From assembly GCA_963555755.3 (NCBI GenBank), contig OY820905.2:416001-480000 (forward strand): a DNA stretch of 64,000 nucleotides, written 5' to 3'. Both the position numbers and the translations under genes were made by a program. The notes below the pieces were generated by a model. That model was not told the DNA's origin. It ran no database searches and saw only the letters and a list, made by a program, of their open reading frames with translations. The DNA is from Nitrospirales bacterium (GTDB lineage: Bacteria > Nitrospirota > Nitrospiria > Nitrospirales > UBA8639). Positions 30,690-39,752 of the stretch are shown in pieces (positions within the stretch are counted from its first letter, which is position 1; every line of letters begins with the position of its first letter).

Positions 30690-30870
30690 AGCAACTCTAT
30701 GCCCCGGTTGTGATTCGTCGAACGATCGATGAGTTCGTCAAAGCCAAGGATACTCGACTGATAGGTATTTTGAAGGACCTGCTTCAGTATCCTGATGTGT
30801 ATGTGCAAGTACGGGGTATTCCTTTGTGGACTTTGGAGTCACCGACGCTCTTCCCTTTCTCACCGAATCT

Positions 30871-31032
30871 TAGGGCTCGCGCAAGAATAACTTCCCATCT
30901 TTGAGCGTCGATCCATCCTGTCTGGCGGCGTTGCTCGTCCCTTACATACCAAGAGTATGCGCAGTCCTCCCGCCTTGCCAGACAGGTGTCTCGTCACCCC
31001 AAAATGGGAAGTTATTCTTGCGCGAGCCCTTA
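30871..31032. repeat. MITE-like repeat family C, copy 2 (inverted)
   Basis: Same terminal IR; interior is the reverse complement of copy 1, diverged. Confidence 0.85.
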
Positions 31033-31194
31033 GTCGCCAATCCCAACGGGTTGAGGTTCACTCAGCCGCTCATCGAACCATCAAATTGTTGACTACTTCC
31101 TCACACTAGCTTCTTTTCCCTCTTCATTTGACAACAAAAATTTCTCATTGTTAAAGTGATTTCATAGGTTCACTCAATCCCGGTTGAAACTCAT

Positions 31195-31335
31195 GGGCAC
31201 CTCTACAAACCAGGCATTTTTTGTGAGGGCAAGGAAGCCGCGCGCGGAAAACCGGAGTGTATGGGCGAATACATGAGGATTTGAGCACGCGGCTGACGCC
31301 GCCATCACGGAAAAGGACGGTTTTTAGAGGTGCCC
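31195..31335. repeat. MITE-like repeat family A, copy 2
   Basis: Near-identical to 19942-20082. Confidence 0.85.
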
Positions 31336-31427
31336 TCATGTTGTGGTCTATCCGTGAGGTTCAAAGGCCTTTTGGCTCCCTGTCTTGAGTATTCGTGTTG
31401 TGTCATCTTAGAAAGGTTGTATTCCCA

Positions 31428-33074
31428 ATGAAAACGATATCCTGTCTGACCCTGATGGTCTCTTTGGTTTTAGGCGTCGGTGTCCCCGTGAACGCAGAGC
31501 TTTTTCCTGCATCAGGTCCTCCAGGCACAACCGTGACTGTTGGAGGCGATGATTTTGGTGAGTTTGTTTCCACTGCGGTGAATCGCGTGGAATTTAATGG
31601 CGCATCCGCGTTGATTCAATTATGGGAAAAAGATCTTGTCATGGTAAAGGTGCCCATTGGGGCAACGACCGGGCCCGTGATCGTAATCAGTGGAACGAAA
31701 AAACATTCGATGGGAGAGTTCTCGGTTCGTCAGATCAGGATTTCTAAAATCAGTCCTGCCGAGGCTGAGCCGGGTTCCGTCTTGACCATTGAAGGTGAAA
31801 ACTTTGGGAACACGGCAGGGTCGCGTGATCCGAACACCATGTTCGGAGTGAATCGAGTGCTGATCAATGGTGTGAAGGCGCAAGTTATTAAATGGCGTCC
31901 CAATAAGTTGGAAGTGACGATTCCGACGAATTCGACATCTGGTGATGTGGTGGTGCAATTGGCATCTTCCGACCCTCTGCCTGATGGAGCCTGTTGTGCA
32001 CCTGTTCAATATATTGAAAGTAATCGCATGCCGGTTACCCTCATTCCACCCATTAACTTTTCGCCTGTTAAAGGGCCAATTGGGAGTAAGGTCGTATTAA
32101 GCGGTCAAGAGTTTGGTGATGCCAAAGCGCCTGGGGATATGGTGTTGTTCAATGGAAAGGCTGCCACGATTGCACAATGGGCTGCGCGAACTATAGTGGT
32201 TCATGTGCCGCTCAATGCGACGAGTGGGGTGTTCTCCCTCAAGCGTGGTGTGAAAACGAGAAATCTTGGGAATTTTGATGTTGTCGAATCGCAGGTTACT
32301 GAGGTGTTCCCGCAGGAGGGCCCCATCGGGACATTGCTTCAAATTAAGGGTAAAAATTTTGGTGTCTATTCTGAATCGGGTTCGACGGCCTATGCCTTTG
32401 ATTTTGAACCGGGACAAAATCGTGTGGAAATTGGCGGTGTCCCTGGTGTGATTTTTCGGTGGCAAGACAATGAAATCAATGTGTGGGTTCCCTATAGCGC
32501 GAAAAGTGGACCGATTGTCATTAAACGAGGGGGCACCGTTCCCAAGGCCGATGGCACTTGTTGTGCCGATCGAGGCACGGTCACTCTTCATGTCGGAAAT
32601 TTTACGGTAAAAACTCCGACCGTCACTTCCTACTCTCCCAATGAAGCCGGATTAGACGAAATCGTCACCATTAAAGGGGATGGGTTTGGTGACTTTTTAA
32701 AAATTGCCGAGGCTACCCGATTGAGTTTGCATCATAGTGCGCATCAATGGAAAAACTACCAATTAGGGGCCGACGTCTCGCGGAGTGAAGTGATGATCAA
32801 TGGCATGGCGGCTGTGGTGGTTTCTTGGAAAGACGATGAGATTAAGGTTCGCGTTCCTCGCCGACATGTGTTCGGGTTCGGCCATCCCGGAGGGTTTTAC
32901 GAAGATCCGACTAAGGGGGAAATCGTGGTGCGGCGAGGTTCGTGGGATTTGAAGGACAACGGAACATGCTGCCAATCGAAACAATGGGTGAGTGCCGTGG
33001 CAGGACAATTCACCATTCTTCGTCGAGGCTTGCCGCATAAAGATTATTTTTACGATTACACCACGGATAATTAA
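31428..33074 (+). CDS. Secreted IPT/TIG (Ig-like) repeat protein
   Basis: Signal peptide; repeated P..G..G..VTI.G..FG ... W....I.V.VP units. Confidence 0.8.
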   Translation: MKTISCLTLMVSLVLGVGVPVNAELFPASGPPGTTVTVGGDDFGEFVSTAVNRVEFNGASALIQLWEKDLVMVKVPIGATTGPVIVISGTKKHSMGEFSVRQIRISKISPAEAEPGSVLTIEGENFGNTAGSRDPNTMFGVNRVLINGVKAQVIKWRPNKLEVTIPTNSTSGDVVVQLASSDPLPDGACCAPVQYIESNRMPVTLIPPINFSPVKGPIGSKVVLSGQEFGDAKAPGDMVLFNGKAATIAQWAARTIVVHVPLNATSGVFSLKRGVKTRNLGNFDVVESQVTEVFPQEGPIGTLLQIKGKNFGVYSESGSTAYAFDFEPGQNRVEIGGVPGVIFRWQDNEINVWVPYSAKSGPIVIKRGGTVPKADGTCCADRGTVTLHVGNFTVKTPTVTSYSPNEAGLDEIVTIKGDGFGDFLKIAEATRLSLHHSAHQWKNYQLGADVSRSEVMINGMAAVVVSWKDDEIKVRVPRRHVFGFGHPGGFYEDPTKGEIVVRRGSWDLKDNGTCCQSKQWVSAVAGQFTILRRGLPHKDYFYDYTTDN

Positions 33075-33090
33075 TTCCTTGAGTCTGTCA

Positions 33091-34080
33091 ATGAACCCCA
33101 AAGACATTATACGGTGTACCAAGATTTCGGTGGTTCTAGTAGGGGTTACACTAGGATTGCTTTATTCTTCCAGTGCCCTGGCTTCGGAAGTTTTCATGGC
33201 ACGCACTCTTCAAGAGAGTGGTACCAAGGTGACCTTGCTTGATACCTTTTTTCTTGACACCCAAAACGGGTGGGCTGTGGGTGCCGGCGGCATGATGCTT
33301 CGCACCGAAGATGGAGGGGGAAATTGGGAAACTATTCCCCGTCGAACGCCGGCCTTACTCATGAGTGTATATTTTTCAGACGATATGCATGGATGGGTTA
33401 TTGGGCACAATGGGACCATTCTTCATTCACAAGATGGTGGACTGAAATGGTGGCCACAAATAAGTGGTACCTCGTCACCGCTCTATGGATTATTTTTTCG
33501 AGACGAAACCCAAGGCTGGATTGTTGGGGCACGAGGAACCATCCTACATACTCAAGATGGTGGCCAATCCTGGGATGATCAGCCAAGTGGAACATCAGCG
33601 GACTTGTTTGGGGTGCAGTTTCTGGATGGGCAACAAGGGTGGGCGGTTGGAGCGCTGGGCGTCATTCTCACCACGACGGATGGTGGCAAGCATTGGGTGC
33701 AACAACTGACCGATAGTTTGACGACCTTTTTCGATATTCAGTTTGTCGACAAACAGGTTGGATGGGCTGTTGGAACCCAACGTGCTATTTTTCAAACGGT
33801 CTCGGGTGGAAAGAAATGGCTGGACAGGACTCAGCCCTGCGGATCGCCCTGCATTCGTCCCCCAGACTTTTTAAAAATTCGATTCACCGATTTTCGCACT
33901 GGATGGATTATCGGAGAACGAGGTGCGTTTCTTGTTACTAAAGATGCGGGGTTCAACTGGACCCAACCAGAATTATCTGAACCGTATTCTCTGTACGGCT
34001 TAACTTTCCCCGAACCCCACACAGGCTGGGCGGTGGGAGATCAGGGCGTCATTCTCAAATTATCTGCCCCTGGCTCCTGA
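33091..34080 (+). CDS. YCF48-like BNR/Asp-box beta-propeller protein
   Basis: Repeats of GWAVG..G.IL.T.DGG..W; signal peptide. Confidence 0.88.
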   Translation: MNPKDIIRCTKISVVLVGVTLGLLYSSSALASEVFMARTLQESGTKVTLLDTFFLDTQNGWAVGAGGMMLRTEDGGGNWETIPRRTPALLMSVYFSDDMHGWVIGHNGTILHSQDGGLKWWPQISGTSSPLYGLFFRDETQGWIVGARGTILHTQDGGQSWDDQPSGTSADLFGVQFLDGQQGWAVGALGVILTTTDGGKHWVQQLTDSLTTFFDIQFVDKQVGWAVGTQRAIFQTVSGGKKWLDRTQPCGSPCIRPPDFLKIRFTDFRTGWIIGERGAFLVTKDAGFNWTQPELSEPYSLYGLTFPEPHTGWAVGDQGVILKLSAPGS

Positions 34081-34159
34081 CTCAATTCCGATTACACCAT
34101 TAAGGCATTCTTAGATTCTTCTCAATACTAGCCCAGGGGGCAGGACACCAAAAGAAGGT

Positions 34160-34927
34160 TTAGGTCACTCCAGAATAATAACGCAAAATATCAGAAGCCG
34201 AGATGACACCCACAATCGTTTCACTTTCCTCCACTGCCAAATGACGGGTGGCCTTCTCTTTCATGAGTCGGACGGCCTCGACGATGGGATCACTACTTTC
34301 AATGGTGATGATGGGCTCGCGCATGCAAGTCATCACCCTGGTCGTGAAAGGATCCACTCCTCCTGCCACAACCTCTCGGGTCAATTCGGTCTCGGTAATG
34401 CAACCAATAAAGTGGTCTGCCCCTTTGACCAGCAGCGAGCCGATCTTCTGTTGTTGAAAGAGCAGTGCCGCGTCTTTCAGTGTCGCGTCCAAATGAATGA
34501 AGTGGACCGTTTTTGACATGTAATCGGCTACTCGTGGACCAGTCGCGGTTTTGATGCGTTCCCCCCTAACCAGGACTGTCCGGCGAGATTCAAGATCTCC
34601 AATACAAAGTTCTAGTACTCGTTGGCGTTGCCTTAGGGTTTCTCGCTCCGTGGCGTGAGCGATACCTTCCGGTGCCTCCTGCGGCAAATTGACCATCCCT
34701 GCCGCCTCCCCAATTTGGGCATAATCATAGGCATCCACCAGCGGGGAAGATCTTCCAAACACCCCGTGGATTATTTCTTCTGTTTCTAAGTCGAAGTCTA
34801 TCAAAGCCGAGCCTGAGGGTTGGTTCACCAGGAAGGGCTGGAGGGTGACAAGCCGCTTTCGCACGCGCTCGAGATCACGGTCCAAAGATGCCTCTTTTTC
34901 AGATGGAGTATGAAGCGGTTGTTGCAT
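34160..34927 (-). CDS. CBS-domain protein with an uncharacterised N-terminal domain
   Basis: C-terminal CBS pair (VADYMSK...IGSLLV, RHLAV...VGVISASDI). Confidence 0.85.
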   Translation of the reverse strand: MQQPLHTPSEKEASLDRDLERVRKRLVTLQPFLVNQPSGSALIDFDLETEEIIHGVFGRSSPLVDAYDYAQIGEAAGMVNLPQEAPEGIAHATERETLRQRQRVLELCIGDLESRRTVLVRGERIKTATGPRVADYMSKTVHFIHLDATLKDAALLFQQQKIGSLLVKGADHFIGCITETELTREVVAGGVDPFTTRVMTCMREPIITIESSDPIVEAVRLMKEKATRHLAVEESETIVGVISASDILRYYSGVT

Positions 34928-35221
34928 ATCGTCTCCTCCCATAGAATCAGAAAGGCATAATACTTCGGCAGGTACGGTCCGAGCAAGGTGCCTTCAGCGA
35001 GGCCAGGCAATCACGTTCAAAGACGAGAGCCAAAACTCATTTACCTTCTCGTGAGCCCTGTTTGTAGGGGAGGGGGAGAAAAATACGCGAACCGGTGGCC
35101 ACGCCTTTCCTGCCCCACGTAGTGTGGGTCGAGCTGCCTACAAAGATCTCTGCAGCACGCAGCGGGGTTTTCAGAGGTGCCCTTTACTCTTTTTAACTCC
35201 TCGGTCTGCTATATTCCCCTT

Positions 35222-36151
35222 ATGTCTACCCAGGATGATCCCCCCAAATCACAAGACCCGGCGGCTCCTGTCTTTCGGCCGGGAGAGTTCGTGGGCCGTG
35301 AGGGCTTAGTTCGTAATGTGGTATGGCGGTTGAAACGGCGGGAATCGTTGAGCATTTTTGGGGGGCCCAAATTAGGGAAAACATCTTTACTTCATCAACT
35401 CGCCTGGCACCTCAATCAGGGCCCCCTTCCTCCTGGCTCGACTAGACCGGCGGCAGTCTACTTTGATTTGGCCGTCGAGGCTGATTGCCAACAGCTGCGG
35501 TCTCGTTCACAGAACGGTGACGCCATTGTGCTGCTTGATAATTGTGACAGCTTGGTCGAGGGAGACAATATTTCCCTTTCAGACATCAAGCTTACTCAGG
35601 AAGGGGCCTCAGTTTTTGCCGGAGCACGGGCCTGGAAGGAATTTGAAAGGACAGAATGGATAGCGAAAAAACTCAAGCCTATCCCCTTGGCAGTTTTTTT
35701 GGAAAAAGAAGCGGAGCAAATTTTCTGTCGAAGCCTTTCAACAGCACAAAAAGCCTGTGCCCTTACTTACGGAGGGACTCACCCATTTCTGCTCAAAATA
35801 TTACAGGCTGCATTGCTGTGTGGGACCAAAGATATTCGGCCCGAACAGGTTGTGGAAGATGTAAGAAGGTCACTCTTTCCTTTTTTTCAATGCTGTGTAG
35901 ACCAAATGCGAGACCCCCTGGAGCATGAAGTGCTGACCTATTTGACTGGTGTGGCCAAACCCGTGAATCCAAAGGAGGTCGCACGGGCCGTTGGAATGTC
36001 GACTATCAAACCTATTGCGGATACCCTTTGTTCTTTGGGTTTGATCAGTCGTTGGATACGAGATGAAGAAGCCACGCTCTCAGCGAACAGTCGGCTTTTT
36101 AATGAATGGTATTTGGAAACCCTGAGGTGCCCTGATTTGACAGACACCTAA
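35222..36151 (+). CDS. P-loop NTPase (STAND-like) with C-terminal winged helix
   Basis: FVGRE, Walker A GGPKLGKTS, Walker B IVLLDNCD, GGTHPFLL. Confidence 0.7.
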   Translation: MSTQDDPPKSQDPAAPVFRPGEFVGREGLVRNVVWRLKRRESLSIFGGPKLGKTSLLHQLAWHLNQGPLPPGSTRPAAVYFDLAVEADCQQLRSRSQNGDAIVLLDNCDSLVEGDNISLSDIKLTQEGASVFAGARAWKEFERTEWIAKKLKPIPLAVFLEKEAEQIFCRSLSTAQKACALTYGGTHPFLLKILQAALLCGTKDIRPEQVVEDVRRSLFPFFQCCVDQMRDPLEHEVLTYLTGVAKPVNPKEVARAVGMSTIKPIADTLCSLGLISRWIRDEEATLSANSRLFNEWYLETLRCPDLTDT

Positions 36152-36401
36152 AAATGAGGTCAGGATTCCCTAAGGAGGTGTCGGATGAGCCATCGGAAAC
36201 ATTGCACGCCGGATTTTCAAACGCGAAGCGGTGCAGTGATAGAAAGCGGGAACAGGCGGGATTCACAGATTGCCCGCGAACTTTTGATCAAACGCAACCA
36301 ATGACCAAAAAGGGCGTTTATGTTTCTTATTCACGGGCTCGGATCCTGTTGGAAAGGAAAATGGCTGATTACTCATCTCAACATGAAAGGAGAGCTAGTC
36401 C

Positions 36402-36782
36402 ATGGTTTCGATCACAGAAGTCATGAGTAAAGAACTCAAGAAAATTTCTTATAAAGCGTCAATTGCCGACACCGCTCAAAAAATGCGTGATGAAAAAGTT
36501 GGAGCCCTCTTCATCGAAAAAAATGGAGAACTCGTTGGCAGTGTGAGCGATAGAGAACTTGTACGAAAGGCCGTGGCCGAGAGAAAAGATTTAGAGACCA
36601 CCCCGGTGGAGAGTATCATGACGACCCCACTGAATAGCATGGACACCACCGAGACTCTTCTGGATGCGCAGAATAAAATGAGGGAGCTTGGTGTGAGGCA
36701 CCTTGCGGTGCGAGATGCAGGGACAGTCGTCGGCATTATTTCCGTAGGGGACCTCTTGGCGTATTTTACGTGGCGGACGTAG
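36402..36782 (+). CDS. CBS-domain protein
   Basis: CBS pair; GAAAGGAG RBS. Confidence 0.9.
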   Translation: MVSITEVMSKELKKISYKASIADTAQKMRDEKVGALFIEKNGELVGSVSDRELVRKAVAERKDLETTPVESIMTTPLNSMDTTETLLDAQNKMRELGVRHLAVRDAGTVVGIISVGDLLAYFTWRT

Positions 36783-37076
36783 AATACGGTACCCAGGCGT
36801 GCCAAGGAAAATACCATATGTACTCCAAAAATAGGGTTGCCTAAACCAGGATGGGAGAGCAAAGCCGATTTTCTAAGATTTTCCAATAGCTGAAATTGAG
36901 GAAAAAGAGAAAAAACGTGTAGACGGGTAGAGATGGGTAGCGAAAACTCTCCCTTCATATATGGTCCTGGGTTTGGTCTTGGAGGGGGCTCCCCAAAAGG
37001 CCTCTAATATGCCATAATTCGTCCTTCAAACCGGTCACTAGCCCATCACGCATTTACGTTTATTAGGAGGTGGAAT

Positions 37077-37436
37077 GTGGGTCCTACAAAAGTCATACCC
37101 AAAGACAGTGCCCTCTACGAGGTCAAAACAGACAAACTGGTTCAAGAGGGCCTTCCAACCCGAAAGGATCAGGAGGCGTATGCTGCTAAACATTACATCG
37201 CATTGCCGGTCGTTGATAAAGCCGGGAAACCTTGGGCTCTTGATGGCCAACCGGTATACTGCTACCGGGGATCACAATACGAGACCTTCGATGATCAGAA
37301 AGTCCATTTAACCCGATGTCCTGATTGTGGCGGAATGGGAATTCGAGATGACGATAACCTAGTGGAATCAGACTGTATTCGTTGTATCCAGTGCGGGCAT
37401 GAGTTTGATACTCGCCTTGAGATGATGGAAACCTGA
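37077..37436 (+). CDS. Hypothetical protein with C-terminal zinc ribbon
   Basis: CPDC...CIQC; AGGAGG RBS. Confidence 0.7.
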   Translation: MGPTKVIPKDSALYEVKTDKLVQEGLPTRKDQEAYAAKHYIALPVVDKAGKPWALDGQPVYCYRGSQYETFDDQKVHLTRCPDCGGMGIRDDDNLVESDCIRCIQCGHEFDTRLEMMET

Positions 37437-37542
37437 GGGACTAAACGGCTTTTCCACATCTCTCTTGTTCAAGCTGTCTTGCTTTTGCTATTTTAATGTA
37501 GGCAAAACGAAAAATAACGTTTAATAAAAAAGGGGACATTTA

Positions 37543-37974
37543 ATGGGAGAAACAGATACGGCCGCTCCAGCGGCTCCGGCAATACCAATGATGGATTTAA
37601 CCGCCCTTGAGGTCGATCCCGACAAGGGGGAGCGGTTCTACAAGGCGGCCCTTATTCACGCGAAACAAGGAACGACGTATCGAATGGTTTCCAAAATCCT
37701 GCAAGACGGAAAGATGGACATTGTGTACTTTGCGTGCGATCTGGAGGCGGATGGTACCATGTTCGGGAAAAGGCGCATTCGGCGGATCGAGTCCCAACCC
37801 CTGGAACGATTTGATGTGGAAATTGAAGCCATAAAAAAAGAAATAGCAGGAAATGGGGAAGAGGTCCAAGGAGTTTGGGCACATGATTTAACGGGCATTC
37901 AGGACGTGGGGGAACAATTTGCCAGCCTGGATTCTTGGGCGCTCGAAACCGCCAAAGAGATCGTGCCTTCTTAA
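37543..37974 (+). CDS. Hypothetical protein
   Basis: 143-aa ORF with RBS and protein-like composition. Confidence 0.7.
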   Translation: MGETDTAAPAAPAIPMMDLTALEVDPDKGERFYKAALIHAKQGTTYRMVSKILQDGKMDIVYFACDLEADGTMFGKRRIRRIESQPLERFDVEIEAIKKEIAGNGEEVQGVWAHDLTGIQDVGEQFASLDSWALETAKEIVPS

Positions 37975-37976
37975 AG

Positions 37977-38443
37977 GGGGATGTTCAAAAAGGTGCGCTC
38001 AGCAAGGCCGCAGGCACTTTGACGCGCGGAGCCTACTCATAGTACGTGAGCACGACAAAAGGCCGAGAACGCCGCTGACGCCCTTTTTCAACATTCCCTT
38101 GATTTTAGATCTCATACACTAAAGACCAAGAGCAACAGGGGATGTTCAAAAAGGTGCGCTCAGTCCTGTCCTGAGCTTGTCGAAGGAAAGGCCGCAGGTA
38201 CGTTGACGCGCGGAGCGTACTCATAGTACGTGAGCACGACAAAAGGCCGAGAACGCCGCTGACGCCCTTTTTCAACATTCCCTTGATTTTAGATCTCATA
38301 CACTAAAGACCAAGAGCAACAGGGGATGTTCAAAAAGGTGCGCTCAGCAAGGCCGCAGGCCCTTTGACGCGCGGAGCGTACTCATAGTACGTGAGCACGA
38401 CAAAGGGCCGAGAACGCCGCTGACGCCCTTTTTCAACATTCCC
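37977..38443. repeat. Tandem array of three family-B repeats with identical 39-bp linkers
   Basis: Units 37977-38098, 38138-38282, 38322-38443; linker TTGATTTTAGATCTCATACACTAAAGACCAAGAGCAACA occurs twice. Confidence 0.9.
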
Positions 38444-38452
38444 TTAAAGGTT

Positions 38453-39724
38453 TTATACCCGGAACACTCCTGGGCGCGAAGGGCCGGAGGCATGTAGATT
38501 GAAGACCACGGTTAACCGCCGATGGGCTTCACGGAGCGTCGCTTCAACCTCTTCTGGTTTTTTTCTCCTGGCCACAATAAATCCAAGGTATCGTGTGCCC
38601 TCCGGCAATGGAATAAGGTGGTCACCCGGCTCCGCCGTCATGACAAGCTCCTCAACCCCAGGAACCTGTTGAGCCGCCTCCTGCCCGTCCACCCTCTCTA
38701 AGATTCCTTCTTTCGGTATAGGGATCATCATAACTCCTGTTGCACCCTCTTGGAGATCCAAGGGGGGAAGCTCCCTACGAAGGGCGTGGGACAAGATTAA
38801 TTCCTCCAGGGACATTCCTGTCCCAAACTGCAAGGTCCGAGAACATTTTCCTCCAATGCTTCGTGCTGCCACCTCAATGACCCAAACCCCCTGATCGTTG
38901 ATGCGGAGTTCGCCATGAACCGGCCCTTCTCGAAGACCAATCGCGAGCGCCGCTTGTGCGAGCGTTTCGTGTATCTGTTTTTGTAGGGCAGGTGTGAGGC
39001 GAGACGGCGTGACATAAATCGTTTCTTCAAAATAGGGGCCGTCTAGAGGATCGGGTTTATCAAACATGGCAAGGGAACGGAGTTCACCATTGGTGAGCAG
39101 TCCCTCAAGCGCGACTTCCGTACCCGGGATGAAGTCTTCTATGAGAATTTGGCGATCAGCTTCTTCTTGTCCCGGCCTCTCTAAACTCTTTAACAAATCT
39201 CGAATCCTAATAAATGCCTTGTGAAAACTCTCTGGGTCATCCGCCCGAATGACTCCACAACTGGCTGATAACGTGAGGGGTTTGAGTATGCAGGGAAAGT
39301 TCACATGCTGAACAATGTCCTCTGGTATTTCGTCGATACTGTACACGACAACATGAGGAGTGGGTAAACCATGTTTCCGTAACAACTCTCGCATCGTATG
39401 TTTGTTTCGGGCGGCACACACTGAGTCAATGGAGTTGGAAGGGAGCCCTAAGGCAGCCGAAATCCTGGAAGCCAGAACGGTGGTGTTATCATTGACGCCA
39501 AGTACCACATCAATTGGACGAGTTTTGGCAAATTCAACGGCGGCTGAAACCGCTGAAGCTGGATCGTGTAGGTCGAGGGGGAGAAACCCTCCAGAAGAAT
39601 GTCCGAGAAAGTCAGGTGCAGATTCCCCACCGACTGTAAGGGAAACGCCAACCTTGGCGGCCGCATCCAGAAAGGCTTCCCCTCGGTAACTCAATAAGGG
39701 AAGGAGAAGAAGAAGATGGGGCAT
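38453..39724 (-). CDS. ATP-grasp domain protein (L-amino acid ligase-like)
   Basis: ARNKHTMR, PCILKP, LIEDFIPG.E, HGELR, IEVAARSIGG. Confidence 0.9.
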   Translation of the reverse strand: MPHLLLLLPLLSYRGEAFLDAAAKVGVSLTVGGESAPDFLGHSSGGFLPLDLHDPASAVSAAVEFAKTRPIDVVLGVNDNTTVLASRISAALGLPSNSIDSVCAARNKHTMRELLRKHGLPTPHVVVYSIDEIPEDIVQHVNFPCILKPLTLSASCGVIRADDPESFHKAFIRIRDLLKSLERPGQEEADRQILIEDFIPGTEVALEGLLTNGELRSLAMFDKPDPLDGPYFEETIYVTPSRLTPALQKQIHETLAQAALAIGLREGPVHGELRINDQGVWVIEVAARSIGGKCSRTLQFGTGMSLEELILSHALRRELPPLDLQEGATGVMMIPIPKEGILERVDGQEAAQQVPGVEELVMTAEPGDHLIPLPEGTRYLGFIVARRKKPEEVEATLREAHRRLTVVFNLHASGPSRPGVFRV

Positions 39725-39752
39725 GTTCAGGGCAGCCTTCAGGCAGGATCAC

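Noticed and set aside
37977..38443. CRISPR array
   Set aside because: Repeats are about 122 bp, the linkers are identical rather than unique, and there are no cas genes.
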